Shown: positions 34,226 to 46,094, counted from the first letter of the whole stretch. The stretch is DNA of 59,555 nt, filler included, from Catajapyx aquilonaris (GCA_000934665.2; 4 parts of 4 records of this genome joined end to end with filler, not necessarily neighbours in it); one strand, 5' to 3'. The notes: generated by a model from the sequence alone, not told the origin. Translations and numbers: made by a program.

Positions 34226-35830
34226 TGGTACACGTCCATGCAGGGGACCGGCCTTACGTCTGCCACTGCGGGAGGCGCTTCACCAGACAGGAGCACCTGT
34301 CCAAGCACACCCGCGTCCACACTGCGGAGAGGACATTCCGATGCGAGGAGTTCAACTGCGAGAAGGCCTTCACCTGCCAGGAGCACCTCAACCTTCATCG
34401 GTTAGTGAACCCCCACTTTTATTCACAAGTGTGCGGATTTTACATGAAATCGAAGCCTGCAGCACATGTTTCGCTGTAACAGCAACATATCCCAACCAAA
34501 TTGGCCAGTATGTAACTTAACGTTATTTTCATTTAAGCGGATATACCTGCTTTCTTCTTTAGACGACACATTCTGGCCTATTATAGTAGGACGTTAAAGC
34601 GGTTCTACTTTTTACCCAAACGTAAAGTCACGCTCGGAGTATGATCCACTAAGTACACACTACAATAAATATATTTTGCCAATTAACGATAGAGTTGGGA
34701 CTAACGAGATAAGGAGCATCAAGTACCAACAATAAGTAGGCACACTAATCGTACTGCTAGCGACGTTTTCCGAAGTGGCAGAATAACGAATCGAAGCCGT
34801 GCCGATTCGGAAAAAGTCGGGTATGGTGCGATTAACTGTACTAACAAGTTTTAACCACTTTCCATAATTAAATCTGCTCTTTTTGCGAGCTTGTAATGAG
34901 AAATTAACGCAATTTTTTTAAAAATGTCGAAGGTTGGTGCATTCCGAGGAGACCCCGTACCGCTGCCCGTACTGCCCGAAGACGTTCAAGACCCAGTGGA
35001 AGAGGACGCAGCACGCTCGTGTGCACACAGGTGAGAAGCCGTACATCTGCGTATGTGGGAAGGCCTTTGCACGGCGAGAGCACCTGGTGAAGCACAGGCG
35101 CACGCATACAGGTGAGAAGCCGTACGTGTGCGCATGTGGGAAAGGGTTCGCACGGCAGGAGCACCTCACCAAGCACACCAGGACCCACACCGGCGAGAAG
35201 CCATACCGGTGCCAGTGGTGCCCCAAGGCCTTCTACACCCAGTGGAAGCTCACGGAGCACATCCGTACGCATACAGGTGAGAAGCCATATGCCTGCGAGT
35301 GCGGGAAGGCGTTCGCACGTCGCAAGCACTACAAGGACCACGTACGTACCCATACAGGAGAGAAGCCGTACCTGTGTGAGTGCGGGAAGGGCTTTGCACG
35401 GCAGGAGAACCTTCGCAAGCACGTCCGGCGCCACTCCGGTGAGAAGCAGATGCTCGAATCCGGCGTGGTCACCTTCCCTGACCCCGGGACCATCCCAAAG
35501 CACAGATACGCAGTGACCCACCCCGGAGAGAGGCCCTACACCTGTCCGTTTTGTTCCAACCAGTTCAAAACAAAGTGGAACCTTGAAGTACACATGAACA
35601 CGCACGTCCCACGCGGGAGTGTCACTCTTCCATGCGAGATATTCGACAAGAACTTCATACCCAAACTGGAGCAGATGGGGGACCAAGTCGCTCCGCTCAT
35701 TACCATCCCCATTTCCATTCAACCAGTCGTAGCCGCACCCACAGAGAAGCCCTTCGTGTGTCCAGTGTGTCAGAAGGGGTACAGACACGCCGGGAAATTG
35801 AAGGCCCACATGGATAAAAAGCACGCTTAA
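34226..35830 (+). CDS. duplicated C2H2 cassette A (exons 34226-34400, 34933-35830)
   Basis: tacag| acceptor, CATCG|gttagt donor, gaag|GTTGGTG acceptor; terminal exon has the same 898-nt length as 32393-33290; one finger is destroyed (QMLESGVVTFPDP). Confidence 0.8.
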
Positions 35831-36555
35831 AAAAAATATATATATAAATAAATAGACAAAAAGTGACATTTAATAACAGTGCAACTGTGATATAAGTTGT
35901 TGTGCATGGACCCAATCATTTTTAGATTTTAGGGGATATTAATTATTATTACTATTATTATTATTAACAGATTATTGTAGATGTGTTGGGGATATGGAAA
36001 AAAAACAATTAAATGAAAACTTATTCAGAACTATTTTTGTCAATGCATAATCGCGATTACGACAATTGATATTTTCCATCCTATGAACTGCGGATAATTT
36101 CACAGGTCGAAAGTGGAGTGGTTACATGGAAGCATGTTCGGGTACAGCGTACTATCGGCAGTGTATTATCGCCGCTGAAGCCGTAATTTTAAATAATAAT
36201 AAAAAAATGCAAGTTGATAATATGTCTAAATCTTAAATAAAAAGTCATTTTAATTCAAAAATGTAAACTAACATTGCCAATGTTATTTGGCTGATGTCCT
36301 TCCCATAATCCGACCTAATTACGCCCCATCATACTGTGAGTTGGAATGGTTTTAACACAGTTTGTGCTGGGTCGTTGTTTTTAGAGATGTGTGGAAAGTA
36401 CCGTCGTGAGCAAAAAGGTAGGTGCATGTCAACGAAATGTTCTGTGGAAGCATGTCCATGGTACTCGTAAAGTACGTCGTATTTACCCCGACATGGACCT
36501 GGTTCCACGGGGCCATTTTGTTGCCCTGCCCTACCTTTTGCTCACGTCGGTACAG

Positions 36556-37155
36556 TGGTGCCCATCCACGCAGGGGACCGCCCTTATGTCTGCCACTGCG
36601 GGAAGCGATTCAGCCGACGGGAGCGACTCTCCAAGCACAGCCGCATACACACAGCCGAGAGGAAGTTCCGATGCGAGGAGTTCGCCTGCGGGAAGGCGTT
36701 CGTCTGCCAGGAGCACCTCAACCTGCATCGGTTAGTGGACTTGATTTATTCGTCCGCATTATGGAGATTAACATCCTTTTTTAAATTGGCAAAGGTTGGC
36801 GCATTCCGAGGAGACGCCGTACCGATGCCCGTACTGCCCGAAGACATTCAAGACCCAGTGGAAGAGGACGCAGCACACTCGGGTGCACACAGGCGAAAAG
36901 CCGTACATCTGCGTATGTGGGAAGGCGTTTGCCAGACGGGAACACCTGGTGAAGCACAGGCGAACACACACGGGGGAGAAGCCGCATGTGTGCCTCTGCG
37001 GAAAGGCTTTTGCCAGGCGGGAACACCTGATCAAGCACATGCGCACGCACACAGGCGAGAAGCCGTACGTGTGCTCATGCGGGAAAGGGTTCGCACGTAA
37101 GGAGCATCTCACCAAGCACACAAGGACCCACAACGGAGAGAAGTTCAGAAGCTAA
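36556..37155 (+). CDS. duplicated C2H2 cassette B (exons 36556-36730, 36795-37155)
   Basis: Same splice signals, 64-bp intron, 2+4 fingers; possible own first exon ATG 36387-36417 (MCGKYRREQK, phase 1). Confidence 0.75.
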
Positions 37156-37879
37156 TCGTGCAATTAGTTGGACTGTCACGCCAGAGAAACTGTGTGTCGA
37201 GTGTCGTGAAAGGTGCGAGCAACAAGAGAAGCCAAGGGTACGAGTGCGGCTGTGGTTGTACAGAGACTTGTTGATTTTAAGCAGTTGCGACAAAACTAAC
37301 AGATTGTTGTAGGTCGGATTAATTATTAGTGAAATTAAATGTAATCGTTGTTAATATTTTCATGCGTAATTATTGTTGTTTCAGGCAAATGATGGTGTCT
37401 GAAGCGTGCTTTAATTGTTTAGCTGCCAGTCCCAACCAGTCGATTATTTTGCTACCGGGACGTTCTTTGAAACTTGCAGCAATTGCAATAAATTTCACAC
37501 GCTTGAGACTACATTGTCATGAGGAAAGACGTGTTTCAGAACTGGGAGGACTGCATTTCCGCCAGCGTGTCGCAACGTACGGTAAGCGCAGCCTCATTAC
37601 AACTGCCAAATCTAATTGACTACGATTCCACTTTCAAACGTACCGACGCTGCAGGCTAAAACACTAGCAAATAGTATTTACAGCGCAGCATGTACGAAAG
37701 ACAACTTACCTCGGCTCCATAATGTCAATCCTTTTTGCTGCCAGAATCTATGTAAAAATTACGTACAAAAGATAATTAATTGAGTAATGAGTATCGAGTA
37801 AATATATTGTTTCAGCATTGAATAACTAAGCATTAATTATTGAGTATTAAGTACTGAGCAATAGTGGACCATTGAGTGA

Positions 37880-38120
37880 TTTGAGTAATTATTAAGTACT
37901 GAGTAATCAGTTATTGAGTACGGTAATTATTAAGTACTGAGTAATCACAGTTATTGAGTAATTATTAAGTACTGAGTAATCAGTTATTGAGTATGGTAAT
38001 TATTAAGTACTGAGTATTCAGTTATTGAGTACGGTAATTATTAAGTACTGAGTAATCAGTTATTGAGTAATTATTAAGTACTGATGAGTAATAATTCAGT
38101 TATTGGGTAATTATTAAGTA
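37880..38120. repeat. AT-rich minisatellite, ~38-bp unit
   Basis: Repeats of GGTAATTATTAAGTACTGAGTAATCAGTTATTGAGTAC and variants. Confidence 0.85.
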
Positions 38121-38229
38121 GTAATTAGTCATGATGATGAACTGCTTTGTGTAATACATATAATAATTGATTATTTAGTCATTAAGTGTTGAGTAATTCA
38201 AATGGATTCAATTGAACTAAACCGCACAG

Positions 38230-38865
38230 TTAAAGGAAGGTCATTGACCTGAATCAATCAATTAACTTATGATTCCCAGTTAACATCATTTAACTGCCAG
38301 TTAACTAGCAGTTAACTGATAGAATTGTTATTGGTAATTGTTTCAATTTGAACTATAGCAGCAATCAAGGACATTGACCTCAGCCAATTGATTGCTGGTT
38401 AACTATATGTTAACATCTGAATTTATTAAACTGCCTGTTAGCAGTTAACTGCTAGTTAATTGTTATTGAAGCTGTAATTGTTTCAATTTGAACTAAGCAG
38501 CAATCAAGGCCATTGACCTCAACCAATTGATTGCTGGTTAACATCTGTATTTAACTGCCTGTTAACAGTTAACTGCTACTAGTTAATTGCTATTGAAGTT
38601 GTAATTGTTTCAATTAGAACTAGCAGCAATCAAGGTCATTGACCTCAACCAATTGATTGCTGGTTAACAATGTTAACATCTGAATTTAACTGCCTGTTAA
38701 CAGTTAACTGCTACTAGTTAATTGCTATTGAAGTTGTAATTGTTTCAATTAGAACTAGCAGCAATCAAGGCCATTGACCTAATTGATTTGCTGGTTAACA
38801 TGCACGTTAACATCTGCTTTAAACTTCCTGTTAACAGTTAAACTGCTATATAGTTAATTGATTGG
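38230..38865. repeat. tandem repeat, ~125-140-bp unit, ~5 copies
   Basis: CAATCAAGG..ATTGACCT recurs at ~38362, 38501, 38627 and 38762; rich in GTTAAC. Confidence 0.85.
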
Positions 38866-39183
38866 CATATATGCTGCGGTTAACATATGTTGTCGAGACT
38901 GGTTATAATTCCAATTAACCGCCCCATCCAGTCATTATTTTCCTTTAATAATTGTGGTCAGGTGGAGGGGAATAATTTATTAATTATTATTTTGTGTATG
39001 TGGTCCTAGAATAAGGCTGGAGGCGGCGGCCATGTTGAGCTCGGCCCAAGTTGAGGCTCTTCCCACTAGAGCCTGTTCCATTGTGTGCTGTTGACACCTT
39101 CCCCCTTCCAGTTCCTTCCTCTTCTTGTTCCTTCCTTTCCTCCTGCCTCCATCTTTATATTGTTTTTATTAAATGCTGTGAAA

Positions 39184-39700
39184 ATGGCCACAGCAGAATC
39201 AATCATTGTGTCTCAATATTCCAGCCAGATCTGCGGTGCATCTCCGGGTGTGCCTGCCAAGATGTGGAAGAACATGTACGTGTATGATGTGCTGTGTGTA
39301 CGTAGACACTCTAACTCCCATCTCATCTTTGATCATCATCCCCTTCAGGTTGGTTCAGCATCCGGTTGCTGTTGTTCCGGAGGAGCACCCGTACAGGTGC
39401 GCGTACTGCCCGAAGAGCTTCAAGACCCAGTGGAAGAGGACGCAGCACACCCGGGTGCACACAGGTGAGAAGCCTTACGTGTGCTTGTGTGGCAAGGCCT
39501 TTGCCCGGCAAGAGCACCTCGTCAACCACAGGCGCACACATACAGGTGAGAAGCCGTACGTGTGCACCTGCGGGAAAGGGTTCGCACAGAAGGACCACCT
39601 CGTCAGGCACTACAGGACCCACACCGGTGAGAGAGTGATGATGCCTTCTTTGAAAGGTCCCGACACACTCTCAATCCGTCCAAAAGAAAAAACCATGTAG
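39184..39700 (+). CDS. C2H2 cassette C (terminal exon 39349-39700, 3 fingers) with probable own first exon 39184-39275
   Basis: AAAATGGCC start, AT|gtacgt phase-2 donor, CTAAC branch point at 39311, ttcag|GTTGGTT acceptor; spliced MATAESII...[25 protein letters not shown]. Confidence 0.7.
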
Positions 39701-39954
39701 GGGCCGCTCTAGCCGCCCTCACTTTTAAGGGCGTGGTCGCACCTTAAAAAAAGAGTATTCCCCCCATCGTAATCACTTTCATTCATCGCAGGTGCAGCAG
39801 TCATTAGCGGCAGTCCTACTGAAATTTTTTCCGCTGCATGTCCGCAATGTGTTTCGCAAGAAATTGTAATATCTTTTCCAGCCGTAATACCACTTCTTAA
39901 AAGGAAGCGGCGTTTACATGTGGGCGATTTCATCGTGCGATGTCATCGCCGAGC

Positions 39955-40420
39955 GATAACAACGCTGAGTAGCCAGTATTGTCGATTGTTAACATCGCCG
40001 AGTAACCAGTGTTGTCGATTGTTAACATTGCCGAGTAACCAGTGTTGTCGATTGTTAACAACGCTAGTAACCAGCGTTGTCGATTGTTAACAAGGCTTGG
40101 TAACCAGTGTTGTCGATTGTTAACAAGGCTTGGTAACCAGTGTTGTCGATTGTTAACAACGCTGAGTAACTGGTATTGTCGATTGTTTACAACCCTGAGT
40201 GACCGGCATTGTCGATTGTTAACAATGCGGAGTAACCCGTATTCCCTATTGTTAACGATGCGGAGTAACCAGTATTGTCGATTGTTAACAACCCTGAGTG
40301 ACCGGCATTGTCGATTGTTAACGATGCGGAGTAACCAGTATTCCCTATTGTTAACAATGCGGAGTAACCAGTAATGCCGATTGTTAACAATGCTGAGTAA
40401 CCAGTATTGTCGATTGTTCA
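39955..40420. repeat. 33-bp minisatellite, ~14 copies
   Basis: Unit GAGTAACCAGTRTTGTCGATTGTTAACAATGCN; gives 11-aa periodic spurious ORFs on both strands. Confidence 0.92.
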
Positions 40421-40698
40421 CCTCAAACAATGTTGGTTACTTCACACGACAACGACTGTGCTCGTCAAATCGCTCACATGTTCGTTAGCAAAAGAGACTC
40501 GTTATATTGTTGATTTAACAATAAGTTTGATGACATGGATTGAATTAATTTCTTGTTGGATGTAGGAAAAAGAAAAGGGGGGAAGAAGCGTAAATCCAAG
40601 TTGTTTGAAGACATGCGTTACGTACAGTCATGAGTGAAAGGTAGGCGGAGGTTACGTCTCGTTGCCTCTGCGCCTGCCATTTGCTGGTGTCAGTACAG

Positions 40699-41266
40699 CG
40701 GTGCATGTCCACGCAGGGGACCGGCCATACGCATGCCACTGCGGGAAGCGATTCACCCGACGGCAGCATCTCGTCAAGCACAATCTGATACATACTGCGG
40801 AGAGGACATTCCGATGCGAGGTGTTCAACTGCGGGAAGGCTTTCGTCTGCCAGGACCACCTTAACCTGCATCGGTTAGTGGGGCTTTATTTATTGTTAAT
40901 TAATATCCGTTGATTCATTTGCGGTATTTCAAAAGGATGGTGCACACCGAGGAGATACCGTACCGCTGTCCGTACTGCCCCAAGACGTTCAAGACCCAGT
41001 GGAAGAGGACGCAGCACACTCGGGTGCACACAGGTGAGAAGCCCTATATCTGCACCTGCGGAAAGGCTTTTGCCCGGCGACAGTACCTCGTCAAGCACAG
41101 GCGCACGCACACAGGCGAGAAGCCGTACGTGTGCGCCTGCGGGGAAGGGTTTGCGCGTAAGGAGCACCTGACCAAGCACGCCAGGACCCACGCCCACGTC
41201 CAGGTCGACGTCAAGCCATACCCTGGCTTCCTGCACACGGTGGAGCCTCCCCGAGCACAACCCTAA
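40699..41266 (+). CDS. duplicated C2H2 cassette D (exons 40699-40873, 40936-41266), C-terminally truncated
   Basis: tacag| acceptor, 62-bp GT-AG intron, 2+3 fingers; frameshifted finger remnants ([14 protein letters not shown]) follow the stop. Confidence 0.72.
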
Positions 41267-41992
41267 AACGCACACAGGGAAAAAGAACTATGCCTGTGAG
41301 TGTGGGAAGGCATTCGCATGTCGCAAAAAAAAAAAGGACTCTTGTTGCACACCAGAATGTGTGCGAGTGCGGACATGTTTTAGAGACGATTGCACGTCCA
41401 GTGCCATTCCGACAGTTTAAAAAAAAAAAGGCCAAGTGTATGGCATGTGACATTACGTACGAAAAGTGGCGATTAGGCCATTTGCACTATTGAATCGACC
41501 AGTGTGTCCAGTGTCCAGCCGGAAAGAAAACTAAAGCTGGTTATTAATAAACTCTAGTGAAAACTCTGTAGCAGCATTAGTTTTTAGGGGGCTTTTAATT
41601 ATTAACAAATTATTGTAGCTTGTGTTGGGAAGAAGAAAAAAAATGGCAAATTAAAAGCAGTGTAATCTGAATCAAATTTTTTTTCACGCATTGTCGCAAC
41701 TATCCTGTCATTTTGCAAGCCGTTGTGCGAGTAAGTTCAGGTTGCATCGCTGCGATTGTTAACATCGATGCAAGCTGATTTACGCTTGTAGGGAATTGTC
41801 GCCAAGATGTTGTGTGTGTCGTGAGCAAAAAGGTAGGCACATTTGAACTAAATGTTCCGGTGAAGCATGTCCACAGCAATGTTTCTTTTTCCGTACCTTT
41901 TGCAGATTAACATTTTTACGTTGCTCTGGGCATGATTCCGATGGGTTCATTTTGTTTCCATTGTGCCTACCTTTATGCTCATGTCGGTACAT

Positions 41993-42513
41993 TGGTGCAT
42001 GTCCACGCAGGAGACCGGCCGTACATCTGCCACTGCGGGAAGCGATTCACACGACGGCAAAATCTCACCAAGCACTACCGTATACATACATCAGAGAGGA
42101 CATTCCGATGCGAGGTTCTGAACTGCGGAAAAGCGTTCGTCTGCCAGGATCACCTTAATCTCCATCGGTTAGTTGCTTCTAATTACTTGTTCGACAGATT
42201 ATTAACAAGCGCTTTATTGTCTTTTAAAAGGTTGGTGCATACCGAGGAGATACCGTACCGGTGTCCGTACTGCCCCAAGACGTTCAAGACCCAGTGGAAG
42301 AGGACGCAGCACGCTCGGGTTCACACGGGTGAGAAGCCGTACATCTGCACATGCGGAAAGGCGTTCGCAAGACGAGACCATCTCGTTAAGCACAGGCGTA
42401 CGCACACGGGCGAGAAGCCGTACATGTGCTCATGCGGAGAGGGATTCACACGTAAGGAGCATCTGACCAAGCACGCCAGGACGCACACCACTGCGATTCC
42501 ATTCCAGATTTAA
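41993..42513 (+). CDS. duplicated C2H2 cassette E (exons ~41993-42167, 42231-42513); first acceptor mutated
   Basis: Homologous acceptor reads TACAT instead of TACAG; 63-bp in-frame intron; 2+3 fingers. Confidence 0.62.
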
Positions 42514-43142
42514 ATGGTTCTAACCGTTGGCACCGTCCTAATAATCGCAATCATCCGCTGCGAGTGAGGGAAGGCATTCGCACAAGTCGCTGCGACCAGA
42601 GTTGAATTATCCGATGATATTTTGAACGTTCATGACCCAGTGGAATCTCGTTACGTGCCGATGAGGCCGACATAATTGCCATGAAGTGTCATAAAGTGCG
42701 TAAAGGCCGCATCATTGTTCCGGTGACCTCAAAGAGTGACAGTCCAACAATTAAAAAGATGCATACATTGTTGTGTAGAGACCAATCATTAGGCTTAGGG
42801 GGATTATTAACTAATTAACTATAGCCATGTTGGGGGAATCTGAAAAAAAAAAAAAAACTAATTAAAAAACTATACGTATAGTCCTATCTTTTTACGCGTA
42901 ATTGCAAATTTGCCTGTTATTATCGGTGGGGTTAGCGCAGTAATTATTGTGTTAACTAGTTGAATGTGCAATTTTGCGAGGTTGTTACCCATGCAATCAG
43001 CTTGCATTTGGAAAAATAATAATAATAATGTAGTAAATCTTTTTATGAATTATTGTGCCGATGCGCAAGAAATGACAGGGAAAATATTATCCAAGAGGAA
43101 TGTACGAAGCATGTACTTCAGGATAATAAATCAGTTTATTGG

Positions 43143-44110
43143 TCATGAATTTGTTTCATGCGAGTAGTTACACTCGTCGCTTGATATGGGGCAGCCTTGC
43201 GGATGCGACGTGTGGAACCAGCAGGGCTTCTTGTACCTGGCGACGCCTTTCCTGACCTTCCTCTTCTTCCGCTTTGATTCGTTGACGTCTCCGGGGACTC
43301 TGAAGCGGACAAGGCCGCCTTCGACCACAAACACGTGGTGCTGGTTCCGCAGGACGGTCTGCACGCCTCCGCACTCGCTCCTCATCTCCTGAAGCCAGTC
43401 GGACGGAATCTTCAAAGCTACTTGGCTCAACGGAACTTGTCCGCCGCAGTTCCACCCAGTTTCAGGGCCAAGCTCCAGCAATAATTGCGTGGTAATCTGG
43501 ATTATTCCGGACACGATATACGGATTCAGGTTGGCCAGATTACGCGGACGCGGGACTTGATCAGATCGGACTTGAAATCCGGATACGGTTGACAGTATCT
43601 GGTTAACGGCTTGGTGGTCCGGGATTAACTCGAGGCCCACTATGCATGTCCGCTTCGTGCTTGGAATCCTCATGCGGTCCCGCTCGGTGCGGACAAATCC
43701 GATTTGACGGCTGAGTTCCTCCAGGTAGTCCAGGAAATCCGTGTAGCAGCTCATTTGGCCCGACTTTCTGCGTGAAAACCGTCCGGATAAGCCCCACGGA
43801 CAGCATGGAATTATTAGGAATTTGGACCCTTCGCTGGCGGCGGCTAGAGGTATCCACGGAGTCAGCTCGTCCGGATGGTTCCCAATGAGCCAGTCGAATC
43901 CGGACAACGAACCGAATCCCTTCGCCGGACACCAAGTGAACACCTTCAAATCGACGCCTGGAAACGCATCCCAGATTTTACGTGCTCTCACGTCGAACCC
44001 GCGTCCAACATGCCCTTCAGACGACAGCAAGTAGACGAGTAAGCCGTTGCCGCATCCAATGTCCACAAATGTTTGCGGACTGTCCCCGCATTCTTGTTCC
44101 CATAGTACTA
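43143..44110 (-). CDS. TRMT44: tRNA (uracil-O(2)-)-methyltransferase TRMT44/METTL19, C-terminal part (5' end in gap)
   Basis: FVDIGCGNGLLVYLL SAM-binding motif, GFDVRARKIW, DWLIGNHPDELTPWIP, IPCC, RIPSTKR and C-terminal CWFHTSHPQGCP..C..SH zinc finger; frame open up to the gap. Confidence 0.9.
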
Positions 44111-44210
44111 NNNNNNNNNNNNNNNNNNNNNNNNNNNNNNNNNNNNNNNNNNNNTTAATTAATTAANNNNNNNNNNNNNNNNNNNNNNNNNNNNNNNNNN
44201 NNNNNNNNNN
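44111..44210. other. assembly linker/gap
   Basis: 44 N + TTAATTAATTAA + 44 N. Confidence 0.98.
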
Positions 44211-46094
44211 ATTTAATTAGGCATGTACTGGTAGTGAATATCTTCAATATCGGCGTTTCCAGGCCTGCTTCCTTTCCTATACGCCCAAATACCATAATAG
44301 TCATGCCATGCCGTAACACTATCGACCAGTATTTTCATCGCCGCAGTAATGAGTATTAAATATTTTAACGATCCGATTATGGGATACACTGTACTATTGG
44401 GCCAATAAAGCTTCAGACACTGTATTCTAAACGATTCGGTTTTTTTGTGCAACGATGCAAGGGGCAAGCTCATTTTTTAAATGCGAAAAAAAATCCTCTA
44501 GATCCAGGTTCATACAATTTTCCTCTAGAAAAACTTGGTTCAGTTTTTGTGAAGATCTCTGGCCAGTAGTGTCCTTCAAATTTTTTTTCCGGGCTTCTTC
44601 TTCCTAAAGGTTTTTTCCCCTGTCGGTATCGCAGTGTGTATAAGGCTCGAGGGTGGACTTGGCGAAGGTGAATGACTTGAAAGCTCCAGAGGGGGTTAAA
44701 AGCGATGAACAGGCCCGTCTGATTAGGCCTAATGGCTCCCAGGTTGCCCTTCCCTCTCTCTCTCCCCCCCTCTCCCTCTCCCATCTTCCAGAGAGAGAGA
44801 AAACTCCGGAAAAAGATCGCCCTCGGAAACTCCCGGACAAAAAGGAATGCGTGTTGTGGGTATTGAAGGGCCGGACGCAGCATCTTTCTTTGACAACATG
44901 TGGGCCAAAAATATATATCGCGGTGCATTAAGTAATAAGCATTTTTTTAAAAAACAACTAGCAGTAGTTATCATTCATCAGTGCAAACAATGGCTCTTTG
45001 GCATGATTTTGTAAAATGCATTTTTTTTATCAAAGTCTCGTGCCCGGAGAGCAGGAAAGTGCAATTTAGAAAATAATTACAACATAATTCGACCCCTCTT
45101 CTGCATGCCATTATTGTTAAATATTCAGCGCTGCTGCAACGCTGAACGCACATAGAATCCATAAATATTCGGGAGGGGGATAGTGGTGGGGTTGCAGGCC
45201 AATGAATTCTTTCAAGTATAGTGAGTGTTCCAATAACTAGCATGTGCTGGCCATTAAATTGTTTATCAGCATGACTCTCCGTCTGAAAATTAAATAAAAT
45301 AATGTGCACACAAAAAGGTGAGCAAATGGAGGGGTGGGAGTTTTAAAAAAAAAGAGGCGCCGTTTTTCCCCAGTTGTAGAGTACGATAAAATGGACAACT
45401 GCAGAGTCGCAGAAAGTAATTTCATACCCGAGCCAGAGTGCTTGTGGCCTGGTTGTAATATTACTTTTCCGCCATATGCTGCCGGATAAAGTGGGTTGGG
45501 AGGAAGAGGCGAATTTGTATTTAGTGCATGACAACACCAGACATTGCTTGGGAATTGTGCTGCAACAATGCGTAATATTTAATAGACTCACCATGTCGTT
45601 TTGTAGTGACTGAAGATCCACAAATTGGTGTCGGCTTCAATTGTTGATGCGTCTTCCTCCCCCCATCAGACTCGTTATCGGGCTGTTTCCGTTGGCTATA
45701 TTATGTTGGGTGGGTGTGGGGAAAAACAGTGAGAGAGAGAGAGAGAGAGAGAGAATGGGGAGAGAGAGAGAGTCTCTCCGGTGTGGTGCGGATCCCTCTG
45801 GTGTGAGCTTAGCGCATTCGGGCGATTACTCCCCCCCCCACCAAAAACCTGGGAGGCAAGAGCAGAAAATTATGAGCTTAATTACAAGCGATTAAATGCA
45901 TTGCTGTACGTATGCAGATGCAGAGTGGTGGTGGTGGTGGTAGGGAGAGGAGGAGGAGGAGGAGGAGGAGGAGGGGTTAGATTATGGAGCTTGAAGCCAG
46001 CCTCTCTCCTGGTGCTGGTTGGACAGCAACAGCGACATCTGCAGCAGAAAGTGGAGATGGAGAAAGAGCCGGGACGATAATATTGTTACTTTCA

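Noticed and set aside
32775..35869. long antisense ORFs (169 aa, 321 aa) and alternative-frame ORFs over zinc-finger exons
   Set aside because: Shadows of GC-rich repetitive finger coding sequence; no recognisable domains.
39930..40430. 166-aa repetitive ORF / CRISPR-like periodicity
   Set aside because: Head-to-tail 33-bp minisatellite with no unique spacers or cas genes; ORFs on both strands arise from unit length divisible by 3.
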